Assembly (NCBI RefSeq): GCF_009914755.1
Contig: NC_060929.1
Reading direction: 5' to 3' (one strand)
Length of the DNA: 64,000 nucleotides
Origin: the human T2T-CHM13v2.0 reference genome, Homo sapiens
Part shown: piece by piece, positions 19,590 to 35,730 of the stretch
Numbering within the stretch: position 1 is the first letter of the stretch
Layout: each line of letters opens with the position of its first letter
Notes under the pieces: generated by a model
Told to the model about the DNA's origin: nothing
The model's database searches: none
The model's input: only the letters and a program-made list of their open reading frames with translations
Position numbers and translations under genes: made by a program

Positions 19590-20560
19590 TGAATATGAAA
19601 TTTAAAAACAGAGTTTAAATCCCCTCCTTTTGTGTCATTGCTACTCCCCACCACCACCCGCACTACCGCCCATATTTGCTGTCACCAGAAGCAGGAACAT
19701 TATGCTTAAGGGGAAGTTCAAAAAAGGTTGAGCAGAGAAGGAGAAGAGCACGTGGCTTTGAGTCTTGGCAGGCCCCTGGCCTTCCACAGTGGGCCTGGAA
19801 AGCTAGTAGCTAGTACGGTCTCCATGGGGATCTCGACGATCCAACCTTTTGATTGCCAAGGGCTCTCCACACAGAGGCCACATAGTCAGGGTTTAGGCAG
19901 TAGCATGGGCTGTGGAGCCAGCTTCCTGGGGCGACCGCTGGCTCTGCCACCTGTGAACTCTGACCTCAGACACATTGCTTAACCACGCTGTTTCTCCGTC
20001 CTCATCCTTCCAATGCAGATGGTCACAGGACATACCTCAGTGTTAGGAGGAAAATTAAATGTGTACAAAACTCTTAGCACAGTGTTAACTCCTTAATTAT
20101 TGGAAAACCTCTTAGCACAGGGCTGAGTCCTAATAATTAGTTCTTAATTATTCACATAGCAAGGTCAGCAGGTTAAAAAAATGCAATTAAGATGATTTTA
20201 TGTGAGAGCTGTGGAACGAACATAATATTTGGGGAAGAGTTGGTTTGACTTAATTCTCAAACCAAGAGCTTTCATGGAACTTCATTTTTCACTCCAACCT
20301 CAGACCCATAGTTCCTAAGAAAATAGCTTTGTTCTTTCTGATGCCAGATTTTTTTTCCCTGTTGCAAGATGCTGTGTGTCTGAGGTGGAAGATTAGCCCA
20401 AGACTATGCAGGGCCTTATGAACAGGCACTTTCAGGAGTGAGTGGCTGTTGGAACCCACCTCCTAGATGACTTCCCACTGTCCACTGGCACACATCCCCT
20501 TGCCCTGCCACCTCCAAGATTTCAGGCTCTTTCTTGCTTCTCTGCTTTCATTCTGTTGCC

Positions 20561-20863
20561 TTTTTTTTTTTTTTTTTTTTTTTTTTGAGACAGAGTCTTG
20601 CTCTGTTGCCCAGGCTTGAAGGCAGTGGTGCAATCTCAGCTCACTGACCTCTACCTCCTGGGTTCAAGCGAATCTCGTGCCTCAGCCTCCCAAGTAGCTG
20701 GGATTACAGGTGCATGCCACCATGCCTGGTTAATTTTTGTATTTTTCGTAGAGATAGGGTTTCACCATGTTGGCCAAGCTGGTCTCAAACTCCTGACAAG
20801 TGATCCACCTGCCTTGGCCTCCCAAAGTGCTGGGATTACAGGCGTGATCCACCGTGCCCAGCT
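20561..20863 (-). mobile_element. AluS
   Basis: T26 tract followed by reverse consensus. Confidence 0.92.
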
Positions 20864-20865
20864 GC

Positions 20866-21575
<710 letters not shown>

Positions 21576-22222
21576 TTGTCTTCCTTACCTTCCTCCTCCT
21601 CACTCTCTGGCCAAACTCCCCTTGTCAGCCCCATTCATGTCCCCACCTCCTCTGTCAAGTCTTCCTGGGATAATCTGGCTTCTCACTCTCCCACTCCTCT
21701 GAATTCGTCAAGACAGCCAGAGCTCGGTGTAGACCTGTATCCCAGCTTTCGTATTCTGTATGTTTTCCCTAGTTAGCCTCAGCCCCTGCACTAAAAAGGA
21801 AGCCTCTTGAGCTCGGCACTTGGACTGTTTTACACTGAAGTACATCATTCACATCCCCCAGTGTGAGCCAAACCCACACACCACTGGCCAGATACTGGGA
21901 CTGAGAGGTCCATGAGGGCCCTGCTGCATCCACGCAGGAGTAGGGAACCAAATAGAACAAGAGCCTGACGCTTGCGGCTTTGCCATCAGAGGGTGAATGG
22001 CATAAAGAGACCCAAGTGTGCAATGATTAAATCAGGGTAATCAGCATATCCATCACATCAAATGTATCATTTCTTTGTGGTAGGAACATCTGCCATCATA
22101 GAAATACCAAAAGAGAGAAAAATGGGCAGATGTAAATGTTTCTTCTGCCGGCTAATCTGAGTTCTCTTAGAGCGTCTAAAGCAGGGTGGTATTTGTTAGA
22201 TGTGGGTACTCTATAATTTTAG

Positions 22223-22621
<399 letters not shown>

Positions 22622-22741
22622 TGAGGTTGTTTATAATTTTCTAGTTTTTAATAATTGAGGGGCTGCTTTCTTATATTATCCCTTTTATCTCCCCTACAAC
22701 CTCTCCTGTGTATGTACCTTCTGTTTACGTTCCCCACGTAG

Positions 22742-25700
22742 AACTGGACAGCTCCTCAGACCTCATCTCTTCCCCAGGGAAGAAGGGGGCCGCTCATCCT
22801 GACCCCAGCAAGACCTCTGTAGACACAGGGCAAGTCAGTCGGCCAGAGAATCCCAGCCAGCCTGCATCGCCCAGGGTCACCAAGTGCAAGGCCAGGTCTC
22901 CAGTCAGGCTCCCCCATGAGGGCAGCCCCTCCCCGGGGGAGAAAGCAGCGGCTCCCCCTGACTACAGCAAGACTCGATCAGCATCGGAAACCAGCACACC
23001 CCACAATACCAGGAGGGTGGCTGCCCTCAGGGGAGCGGGACCTGGAGCAGAGGGAATGACACCAGCTGGTGCTGTCCTGCCAGGAGACCCCCTCACATCC
23101 CAGGAGCAGAGACAGGGAGCTCCAGGTAACCACAGTAAGGCTCTGGAAATGACAGGAATCCATGCACCTGAAAGCTCCCAGGAGCCTTCCCTGCTGGAGG
23201 GAGCAGATTCTGTGTCCTCAAGGGCACCGCAGGCCAGCCTCTCCATGCTGCCATCCACTGACAACACCAAAGAAGCATGTGGCCATGTCTCGGGGCACTG
23301 CTGCCCAGGGGGGAGTAGAGAGAGCCCTGTGACGGACATTGACAGCTTCATCAAGGAGCTGGATGCTTCTGCAGCAAGGTCTCCGTCTTCCCAGACGGGG
23401 GACAGTGGCTCTCAGGAGGGCAGTGCTCAGGGCCACCCACCAGCCGGGGCTGGAGGTGGGAGCTCCTGCCGTGCCGAACCAGTCCCGGGGGGCCAGACCT
23501 CCTCCCCGAGGAGGGCCTGGGCTGCTGGTGCCCCCGCCTACCCACAATGGGCCTCCCAGCCTTCGGTTTTAGATTCAATTAATCCCGACAAACATTTTAC
23601 TGTGAACAAAAACTTTCTGAGCAACTACTCTAGAAATTTTAGCAGTTTTCATGAAGACAGCACCTCCCTATCAGGCCTGGGTGACAGCACGGAGCCGTCT
23701 CTGTCATCCATGTATGGCGATGCTGAGGATTCTTCTTCTGACCCTGAGTCACTCACTGAAGCCCCACGAGCTTCTGCCAGGGACGGCTGGTCCCCTCCTC
23801 GTTCCCGTGTGTCTTTGCACAAGGAAGATCCTTCGGAGTCAGAAGAGGAACAGATTGAGATTTGTTCCACACGTGGCTGCCCCAATCCACCCTCGAGTCC
23901 TGCTCATCTTCCCACCCAGGCTGCCATCTGTCCTGCCTCAGCCAAAGTTCTGTCATTAAAATACAGCACTCCGAGAGAGTCGGTGGCCAGTCCCCGTGAG
24001 AAGGCCGCCTGCTTGCCAGGCTCATACACTTCAGGCCCAGACTCTTCCCAGCCATCATCACTCTTGGAGATGAGCTCTCAGGAGCATGAAACTCATGCGG
24101 ACATAAGCACTTCACAGAACCACAGGCCCTCGTGTGCAGAAGAAACCACAGAAGTCACCAGCGCTAGCTCAGCCATGGAAAACAGTCCGCTGTCTAAAGT
24201 AGCCAGGCATTTTCACAGTCCGCCCATCATTCTCAGCTCCCCCAACATGGTAAATGGCTTGGAACATGACCTGCTAGATGACGAAACCCTGAATCAATAC
24301 GAAACAAGCATTAATGCAGCTGCCAGTCTGTCCTCCTTCAGTGTGGATGTCCCTAAGAATGGAGAATCTGTTTTGGAAAACCTCCACATCTCTGAAAGTC
24401 AAGACCTGGATGACTTGCTACAGAAACCAAAAATGATCGCTAGGAGGCCCATCATGGCCTGGTTTAAAGAAATAAATAAACATAACCAAGGCACACATTT
24501 GAGGAGCAAAACCGAGAAGGAACAACCTCTAATGCCTGCCAGAAGTCCCGACTCCAAGATTCAGATGGTGAGTTCAAGCCAAAAAAAGGGCGTTACTGTG
24601 CCTCATAGCCCTCCTCAGCCGAAAACAAACCTGGAAAATAAGGACCTGTCTAAGAAGAGTCCGGCAGAAATGCTTCTGACTAATGGTCAGAAGGCAAAGT
24701 GTGGTCCGAAGCTGAAGAGGCTCAGCCTCAAGGGCAAGGCCAAAGTCAACTCTGAGGCCCCTGCTGCGAATGCTGTGAAGGCTGGGGGGACGGACCACAG
24801 GAAACCCTTGATCTCACCCCAGACCTCCCACAAAACACTTTCTAAGGCAGTGTCACAGCGGCTCCATGTAGCCGACCACGAGGACCCTGACAGAAACACC
24901 ACAGCTGCCCCCAGGTCCCCCCAGTGTGTGCTGGAAAGCAAGCCACCTCTTGCCACCTCTGGGCCACTGAAACCCTCAGTGTCTGACACGAGCATCAGGA
25001 CATTTGTCTCGCCCCTGACCTCTCCCAAGCCTGTTCCTGAGCAAGGCATGTGGAGCAGGTTCCACATGGCTGTCCTCTCTGAACCCGACAGAGGTTGCCC
25101 AACCACCCCTAAATCTCCTAAGTGTAGAGCAGAGGGCAGGGCGCCCCGTGCTGACTCCGGGCCGGTGAGTCCGGCAGCGTCTAGGAACGGCATGTCCGTG
25201 GCAGGGAACAGACAGAGTGAGCCGCGCCTGGCCAGCCATGTGGCAGCAGACACAGCCCAACCCAGGCCGACTGGCGAAAAAGGAGGCAACATAATGGCCA
25301 GCGATCGCCTCGAAAGAACAAACCAGCTGAAAATCGTGGAGATTTCTGCTGAAGCAGTGTCAGAGACTGTATGTGGTAACAAGCCAGCTGAAAGCGACAG
25401 ACGGGGAGGGTGCTTGGCCCAGGGCAACTGTCAGGAGAAGAGTGAAATCAGGCTCTATCGCCAGGTCGCAGAATCATCCACAAGTCATCCATCCTCACTC
25501 CCATCTCATGCCTCCCAGGCAGAGCAGGAAATGTCACGATCATTCAGCATGGCAAAACTGGCGTCCTCCTCCTCCTCCCTTCAAACAGCCATTAGAAAGG
25601 CAGAATACTCCCAGGGAAAATCAAGCCTGATGTCAGACTCCCGAGGGGTGCCCAGAAACAGCATTCCAGGGGGCCCCTCGGGGGAGGACCATCTCTACTT

Positions 25701-26786
25701 CACCCCAAGGCCAGCGACCAGGACCTACTCCATGCCAGCCCAGTTCTCAAGCCATTTTGGACGGGAGGGTCACCCCCCACACAGCCTGGGTCGCTCTCGG
25801 GACAGCCAGGTCCCTGTGACAAGCAGTGTTGTCCCCGAGGCAAAGGCATCCAGAGGTGGTCTTCCCAGCCTGGCTAATGGACAGGGCATATATAGTGTAA
25901 AGCCGCTGCTGGACACATCGAGGAATCTTCCAGCCACAGATGAAGGGGATATCATTTCAGTCCAGGAGACGAGCTGCCTAGTCACAGACAAAATCAAAGT
26001 CACCAGACGACACTACTGCTATGAGCAGAACTGGCCCCATGAATCTACCTCATTTTTCTCTGTGAAGCAGCGGATCAAGTCTTTTGAGAACCTGGCCAAT
26101 GCTGACCGGCCTGTAGCCAAGTCCGGGGCTTCCCCATTTTTGTCGGTGAGCTCCAAGCCTCCCATTGGGAGGCGGTCTTCCGGCAGCATTGTTTCCGGGA
26201 GCCTGGGCCACCCAGGTGACGCAGCAGCAAGGTTGTTGAGACGCAGCTTGAGTTCCTGCAGCGAAAACCAAAGCGAAGCCGGCACCCTCCTGCCCCAGAT
26301 GGCCAAGTCTCCCTCAATCATGACACTGACCATCTCTCGGCAGAACCCACCAGAGACCAGTAGCAAGGGCTCTGATTCGGAACTAAAGAAATCACTTGGT
26401 CCTTTGGGAATTCCCACCCCAACGATGACCCTGGCTTCTCCTGTTAAGAGGAACAAGTCCTCGGTACGCCACACGCAGCCCTCGCCCGTGTCCCGCTCCA
26501 AGCTCCAGGAGCTGAGAGCCTTGAGCATGCCTGACCTTGACAAGCTCTGCAGCGAGGATTACTCAGCAGGGCCGAGCGCCGTGCTCTTCAAAACTGAGCT
26601 GGAGATCACCCCCAGGAGGTCACCTGGCCCTCCTGCTGGAGGCGTTTCGTGTCCCGAGAAGGGCGGGAACAGGGCCTGTCCAGGAGGAAGTGGCCCTAAA
26701 ACCAGTGCTGCTGAGACACCCAGTTCAGCCAGTGATACGGGTGAAGCTGCCCAGGATCTGCCTTTTAGAAGAAGCTGGTCAGTTAA
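22742..26786 (+). CDS. PDZD2: PDZD2 giant coding exon, 4045 nt, Ser/Pro-rich low-complexity linker (E/LDSSSDLIS...RRSWSV/N)
   Basis: 1360-aa ORF 22708..26790; ccccacgtag|AA acceptor after a long pyrimidine tract; TAA|gtaagt donor; phase 1 to 2. Confidence 0.96.
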
Positions 26787-26804
26787 GTAAGTATCTGCCC
26801 ACTA

Positions 26805-27380
<576 letters not shown>

Positions 27381-27601
27381 TTTTTAATATCACTGCTGGA
27401 AAAATAAAAGTGCCTGCAGGGAAACATGTTTACCAAAGTGTCGCTCTGAGGAGAGGCTTCTAGAGGACATGGCACTTAAGCAAAAGCAACATGAGAGGGG
27501 CATGCAGAGGAAGAGAGAGCACAGCACGGGGGAATTTGGACTTTGGAGGTGGCTGGAGTTAAACGGAGAATTTCTAACATATTTAAAAATATTTCACTTG
27601 A

Positions 27602-28225
<624 letters not shown>

Positions 28226-28516
28226 TTAAAACATGTCAGAAGTGTCCTGTTAAGCTCCAGCATTGGTCCCATAACTTCTTGAGGGGATCTCTGAATTCAT
28301 AGCAGTTCCCCTTGCCATTGGCAGTGAATGACATTTCTGTTCAGCACTCAGGATTTATTCTTCCATTAGTTTGGAATGGAAGTTTTGACCAAAAGAGAGC
28401 AGAAAATACCTGTTCTCTTTTGTATAGTAGAAAGGAGATCATTTTAAATGCATTCTTATAAAATGAAGAAATTGCTTTTTTCTTTAATGTTCTTCAAATA
28501 TATTTATATTATTTAG

Positions 28517-28634
28517 TTTGGATCAACTTCTAGTCTCAGCGGGGGACCAGCAAAGATTACAGTCTGTTTTATCGTCAGTGGGATCGAAATCTACCATCCT
28601 AACTCTCATTCAGGAAGCGAAAGCACAATCAGAG
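28517..28634 (+). CDS. PDZD2: PDZD2 coding exon (N/LDQLLVSAGDQQRLQ...AKAQSE), 118 nt
   Basis: atttag|T acceptor and GAG|gtgagt donor; phase 2 to 0. Confidence 0.92.
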
Positions 28635-29065
28635 GTGAGTGAAACACAGAAAGCTCAGGAACATGAATTGCGGCCGCGTGAGTGCCCAGGTATGTGCTGC
28701 CTGCCCAGACAGCCGAGGAGAGCCCGCCCCGAGTCCTGGAGAGGGAGGACTGCCTTGGGTTGCGAGTTTCACAGCTCAGTCTGACTTTGGCCTCACGTGC
28801 TGCTAGCCAGCTTCAGAAGCTAGACCTTGTCTTGAATGTTCAGGTGCCAGATGGGTGTCACTGCTGTTTTCATCCCCCAAGTAGCAACTAGTTACCATTC
28901 TCCTAACTCCTATGTGTGGAGTTTGTTTGCAGAGAGTCCTCAAAGCAGAGCTAGTCATCTCGGAAATACCTCTCGCCACCTAACTGTGGACATAAACTAG
29001 TCAAGGGAGCCACCTGCTGGTGAGAGAAGAGTTACATTGGTGTAGTCCCGCCGTTGCCCTGAAAT

Positions 29066-29804
29066 ATGGTGGACCCCTGAACAACATGAGGGTTGGGGCA
29101 CTGACCTTCGAGCAGTGGAAAATCCACATATAACTTTTAACTCTCCCAAAAACTTAACTACTAACAACCTACTGTTGACCGGAAACCTTACTGATAACAT
29201 AAACAGTCAATTAACACAAGTTTTGTCAGTTATATGTATTATATACTGTCTTCTTACAACAACGTAAGTTAGAGATAATAGAACGTTATTAAGAAAATCC
29301 TAAGAGGCCAGGTGCAGTGGCTTACACCTGTAATCTCAGAACTTTGGGAGGCCAAGGCGGGCAGATCACTTGAGGTCAGGAGTTCAAGACCAGCCTGGCC
29401 AATATGGTGAAACCCTGTCTCTACTAAAAATACAAAAATTAGCTGGACATGGTGGTGGGTGCCTGTAGTCTCAGCGACTCAGGAGGCTAAGGCGAGAGGA
29501 TTGCTTGAACTTAGGAGGCAGAGGTTGACATGAGCTAAGATTGCACCACTGCATTCCAGCCTGGGTGACAGAGCAAGACTTCATCTCAATTAAAAAAAAA
29601 AAGTCATAAGAGAAAGTGTATTTACTATTCATTAAGTGGAAGTGGTTCATCATAAAGGGCTTCATCCTTGTCATCTTCACACTGAGTAGCCTGAGAAGGA
29701 GGGAGGGGTTGGTCTTGCTGCCTCAAGGATAAAGAGGCTGAAGAAACCCTGAGTGTGAGTGGACCTGTACAGTTTGAGCCTGTGTTGTTCAAATGTCACC
29801 TGTA
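29066..29804. mobile_element. Tigger2-family (MER28/Tigger2a-like) DNA transposon interrupted by an Alu (+, ~29306-29602)
   Basis: Terminal inverted repeats gacccctgaacaacatg ... cctgtgttgttcaaatgtcacctg; Alu TSD aaaatcctaaga / aaagtcataaga. Confidence 0.8.
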
Positions 29805-30237
29805 GAAGAGCATCTGAACCCTGGAGTACAAGGAATTACAAATAAAATCTTTCAGTAAATCAGTTGTGACAATAAACATTGACAGAAGAAACCACAGGTT
29901 CACATCTAGGATACTAATCTGAAGATCAATTTCTTGGGGCTATACGTAGAGATTTGAACCCTAATGAATGAATATTTTCTATTTAGAGAAATAAATATGA
30001 ATGTTTCTTTAGTGGTAGTATACCTGGGTCACTGAAGTCATCTAAGAATGCTGTTCCAGAAATTCAAATATAGAGGGGCTGTGTGGTTTCTCAGCCAACA
30101 GCCAGCCTTGGCACCTAGTAAGGAGTTGGCCAGGAGGCGAGGAGAGAGGTTGGAATAAAGGAGACCAGTCCCTTCAGGTTCCACTCCCTTCTGATTCTCA
30201 GCCGCTGATTTGGGTCTGTGCAGTTAAGACATGCCTT

Positions 30238-30503
30238 GACAGGAGGATCATCTGAGGCCAGGAGTTCGAGACCAGCCTCATCAACATAGTGAGACCCCTC
30301 ATCTCTCAAAAAAAAAAAAAAAAGATTAAATTTAAAAAATTAGCCAGGCGTGGTGGTATATGCCTGTAGTCCTACCTACATGGGAATCTGAAGCAGGAGA
30401 ATCACTTGGGTCCAGTAGTTTGAGGCTCAGTGAGCTATGATCGTGCCAGCGCACTCCAGCCTGGGTGACAGAGCAAGACCCTGTCTCTGAAAGAAAAACA
30501 AAA
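30238..30503 (+). mobile_element. 5'-truncated AluJ-like element
   Basis: Diverged Alu consensus. Confidence 0.85.
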
Positions 30504-31282
30504 TGTCTTGAGATGCTAAGCACTTCCGCTTTCAGTAAAAGGGAATAGCCCCTCATCTCTCTTCCTCCTCCCACTTGTTATTACAATAAGGAAGGATTTC
30601 ATGTGTGAAAGTCTCATTCTGAGACCACCAGTCAAGGGGGCACAGGTGGGGTCACACGTTGCCAGGCCCCCTTTACCCCAGACATTTTAGTGTTAGATGA
30701 AATGTCAGAGGAGAAGACCAGACTGTCCAGCCAACCACAAGCAAGATGTACATCTTCAGGAACCTCAAACAAAGTATGGCCAGCATGCCACAGTGCTGCC
30801 CGAGGGTGGCTTATTCTAGGGCCTTCCTCACCCCCTACTACTCACGCTCACCACGAGGCAGGGTTGTGGTTTGGTTTGAAGATCATTCCTACATATCAGA
30901 ACACGGCGTTCTTTTCCCTTTATTTTCTCACTGTCTTCAGAGAGGAGCGTTGAGCAGGGCTATCCTTACTCTGCCATCCTCAGTCTAGAAGCTTCCTGCC
31001 TTGCTTTTTCCAATGAGTATGGTTTGCAGGTACTAAAAATAGAACTGCACAAAACTATTTTCTGTGTCCTTGGCAGTGCTGTGAGAGATTCGAGGCTTCG
31101 AGGCTGAAAACAAACCCTGGCCTCCTGACTTCAACACACCCAAACCTTGGAGAGCTCTTGATGGTTGATCTGGCCGCCCTGAGACTGTGCTGAGGCTCTC
31201 AGAGGCAAAATTTGGCGCAATAGTCAGCTTCTAGCATATCTGTGTCCTTAAACACCACTGGAAAAAAATGTGAATACATTGA

Positions 31283-32736
<1,454 letters not shown>

Positions 32737-32890
32737 TGAGAGCCAAAGAACCTTTAGGGCCTGTGGTGAAAAGCCCCTCCAAGAGGACTGACATCAGAGC
32801 TTCCTTACTCCTGGCCCAAGGGGATATGTTTTTCTTTCTTAATTTTTTGCAGCTGTAGCTCAAAGGATAATTTTTGTTTGTTTTCACTAG

Positions 32891-32992
32891 AATGAAGAAG
32901 ATGTTTGCTTCATAGTCTTGAATAGAAAAGAAGGCTCAGGTCTGGGATTCAGTGTGGCAGGAGGGACAGATGTGGAGCCAAAATCAATCACG
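32891..32992 (+). CDS. PDZD2: PDZD2 coding exon, N-terminal half of the penultimate PDZ domain (NEEDVCFIVLNRKEGSGLGFSVAGG...)
   Basis: GLGF carboxylate-binding loop; ttttcactag| acceptor and ACG|gtaagt donor; 102 nt. Confidence 0.95.
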
Positions 32993-33584
32993 GTAAGTGA
33001 CAGAGTCATTAGGCTCTCAGGAAAATCCCCCCTCAAGCAGCCTCAGAATGTGATCAGGGCACAAATTCCAATCAGCGGGTTCAGAGATTGCTGGATTTCA
33101 TTCCCAGCTACCAACATAAAAAGGGAGAAGTGGGAGAAGTAGTACGTAAGGTTTTCGTTGACAAAAGACAAGCATTTTTAACACAGAGCTGACATGTATA
33201 GGCCATTTCCAATCCCTATAAACACAATTCGCTATAGCCTTATAATTTACCTCCATATTTTAAGCAGTAGAAAACATTAGAATCAACTGGCCAAACTTGT
33301 GTTTATACAATTACTCCCGTCTCAAAAAGTCACTCAAAATTTTACATCATTCAAAAGCCTTCAGGACCATCCAGAGGGTCACCTTCACTGCACGAGCCCA
33401 GGCCTCATTCATCTTCGTATTCCCATTGCCTCCTGGATGCCAGGCCCATGTCAGACACTAAAAAGGAGTTAAAAAAAAATGTGTGGAGACACTGGCATTG
33501 ACATTTGTGTTCCATCCCCCGCACTGAATGTATGTTTTTTTTTATAAAGCAAGTGTCTACCTTAGAAAGTTCCTTTACTACAAG

Positions 33585-33872
33585 ACCCGGCACGGTGGCT
33601 CACGCCTGTAATCCCAGCACTTTGGGAGGTCGAGGCGGGTGGATCACCTGAGGTCAGGAGTTTGAGACCAGCATGGCCAACATGGTGAAACCCTGTCCGT
33701 CTCTCCTAACAATACAAAAATTAACTTGGCATAGTGGTGTGTGCCTATAATCCCAGCTACTCAGGAGGCTGAGGCAGGAGAATCGCTTGAACCCGGGAGG
33801 CTGAGATTGCACCACTGTACTCCAGCCTGGGTGACACAGCGAGACTCCCTCTCAAAAAATAAAAATAAAAAA
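33585..33872 (+). mobile_element. AluS with right-arm deletion
   Basis: Alu consensus; TSD gttcctttactaca on both sides. Confidence 0.9.
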
Positions 33873-33975
33873 GGAAGGTTCCTTTACTACAGATACGCAG
33901 TTAGTTACTATCTCCCTTTTACCGGAAATCGTAAGTGGATCTGGTTTTTGTTCCCTTTTCCTTTCCTCATCCCAG

Positions 33976-34246
33976 GTCCACAGGGTGTTTTCTCAGGGGG
34001 CGGCTTCTCAGGAAGGGACTATGAACCGAGGGGATTTCCTTCTGTCAGTCAACGGCGCCTCACTGGCTGGCTTAGCCCACGGGAATGTCCTGAAGGTTCT
34101 GCACCAGGCACAGCTGCACAAAGATGCCCTCGTGGTCATCAAGAAAGGGATGGATCAGCCCAGGCCCTCTGCCCGGCAGGAGCCTCCCACAGCCAATGGG
34201 AAGGGTTTGCTGTCCAGAAAGACCATCCCCCTGGAGCCTGGCATTG
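33976..34246 (+). CDS. PDZD2: PDZD2 coding exon, C-terminal half of the penultimate PDZ domain (VHRVFSQGAASQEGTMNRGDFLLSVNG...LEPGI)
   Basis: PDZ GD-x-LLSVNG motif; catcccag| acceptor and TTG|gtaaga donor; 271 nt. Confidence 0.95.
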
Positions 34247-35569
34247 GTAAGATGATCATTTCAACAACCAGCAGGCTGTGAGCTACTGCAGAAAGAGGAG
34301 ATTCTGGTTGAACATGAAGGAAAATAACAGCTAACTAACTTCTAGATCTGAAAAATTAAATGTAGCGAAGTCTAGTGTGTTTGGATGCTGCTTACAAAAG
34401 CAGTGTTACAAATAAATTAGAAAAAAATTAGAAAATTAGAAAAATCCCCCCAGTAGTTCAAGCTGTACTGTGGAAGATTTAAAATGACTGCAGAACAGTT
34501 TCCCTAAGTGTCCTAAGAAGGAATCTCTTACATTCACAGCCTCTTGTTAGGACTGGTAAGGAAAACAGGAAACTACGTGACGGGGCGAGCAGTGTTGAAG
34601 GAGAAATTCCAGAACTAAGATTTATCCTTGGGAAACAGCAAGGTTGTATTCTTTCCTGGTTTAGAAGAAAAGAAGGAAATGAGGGGGCAAGAGTATTTTG
34701 TGTCTGAAAACAGAAATTGCAGCCTTAGTCAACCAAGAAGAACTCACTGGAAGAGGTTTAGAAACAGATTTTCTACGTTCCGTCCATATTCAGAGCCTCA
34801 GAACCACGTGCAGCGTCTGTTTCTGCAGTGCGAGCTGTTTAATGCCCTGTTAAGTACTGCAGATGTCTGGAGTGCCGTGCATCTTGGCATTCAGGGGTGA
34901 CGTCTTTTTTTATTCGAGAGGGCAAAGCAGAGGGTATGGGTTAGGCAGTGCCTTCTGGGAGGGGCCTTTTGTTCCTTCTCCACATCTCTCCCTGATAAGG
35001 GTAGCTGGATTCCTTTCTACAACTTGGCTTCCTTGTGGCCTGAGCTGTTTGTAGTCCTTGCTGAAAATGGCTCCGATTCCATTTAACAAATGAGAAACAC
35101 TTCTTGTCCAGATGCCTCCATGGTCCCCAGTCTTCCTTCTGTGTCATTTCACTTTCCCTCTTCCAGAGGGCTGAGGCCCTCCTCAATACAGGGAAACACC
35201 TTGGTCATCAGATCTTGTCATGCTTGCCTTTGCCCCAAAACTGTCTCGACCACTTGGTGGACTTTCAGTGGGATCCTTGTAAACTGTCAAAGGAAACCAC
35301 TTCATCCTCACAGCTGCCAGTTTTTAAGCCTCGTGAACTCAGATCTGGATGGTCCTTCTGTCATTTATAATCAATCACTCAGTATTCCTGCAGCAACTTC
35401 AGGGCCTCTGGTCTTGAAGCAGACCCTGCAGAGCAATCAATCAAACGCTGAGCGCCTGGAGGGCTTAACCTCGCTCAGTTTCCTGTTCTTCAGTCTCCCT
35501 AACCCAGGTCTACCCGGTCCTATGCAGTTATATTCCTTACCATACACTGACAGCGTCCAGCTGGGGGCC

Positions 35570-35730
35570 CGGTGCAGTAAGCTGCACAGTAGAGATGCTG
35601 GGACGCTTTTAAATTCCTGATGCCCAGGAAATTCCCAGCTTAATTAAATCAGAAATGCCGCAGTGGGGGCCAGACACCGTTTCACGTTCCCAGGTGACTC
35701 CAGTATGCAGCCAGACTCGAGCCACTGCAA
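35570..35730. mobile_element. MER5A-like hAT-Charlie element
   Basis: ttaaattcctgatgcccagg...aattaaatcagaa...cccaggtgactccagtatgcagccag...ccactgc. Confidence 0.65.

Noticed and set aside
24687-25427. 246-aa antisense ORF and other - strand ORFs inside the giant exon
   Set aside because: Shadow frames of a GC-rich coding exon, with no independent promoter, splice or domain evidence
35090-35620. 176-aa intronic ORF
   Set aside because: No domain similarity, runs into a MER5A-like element, and has no compatible splice sites
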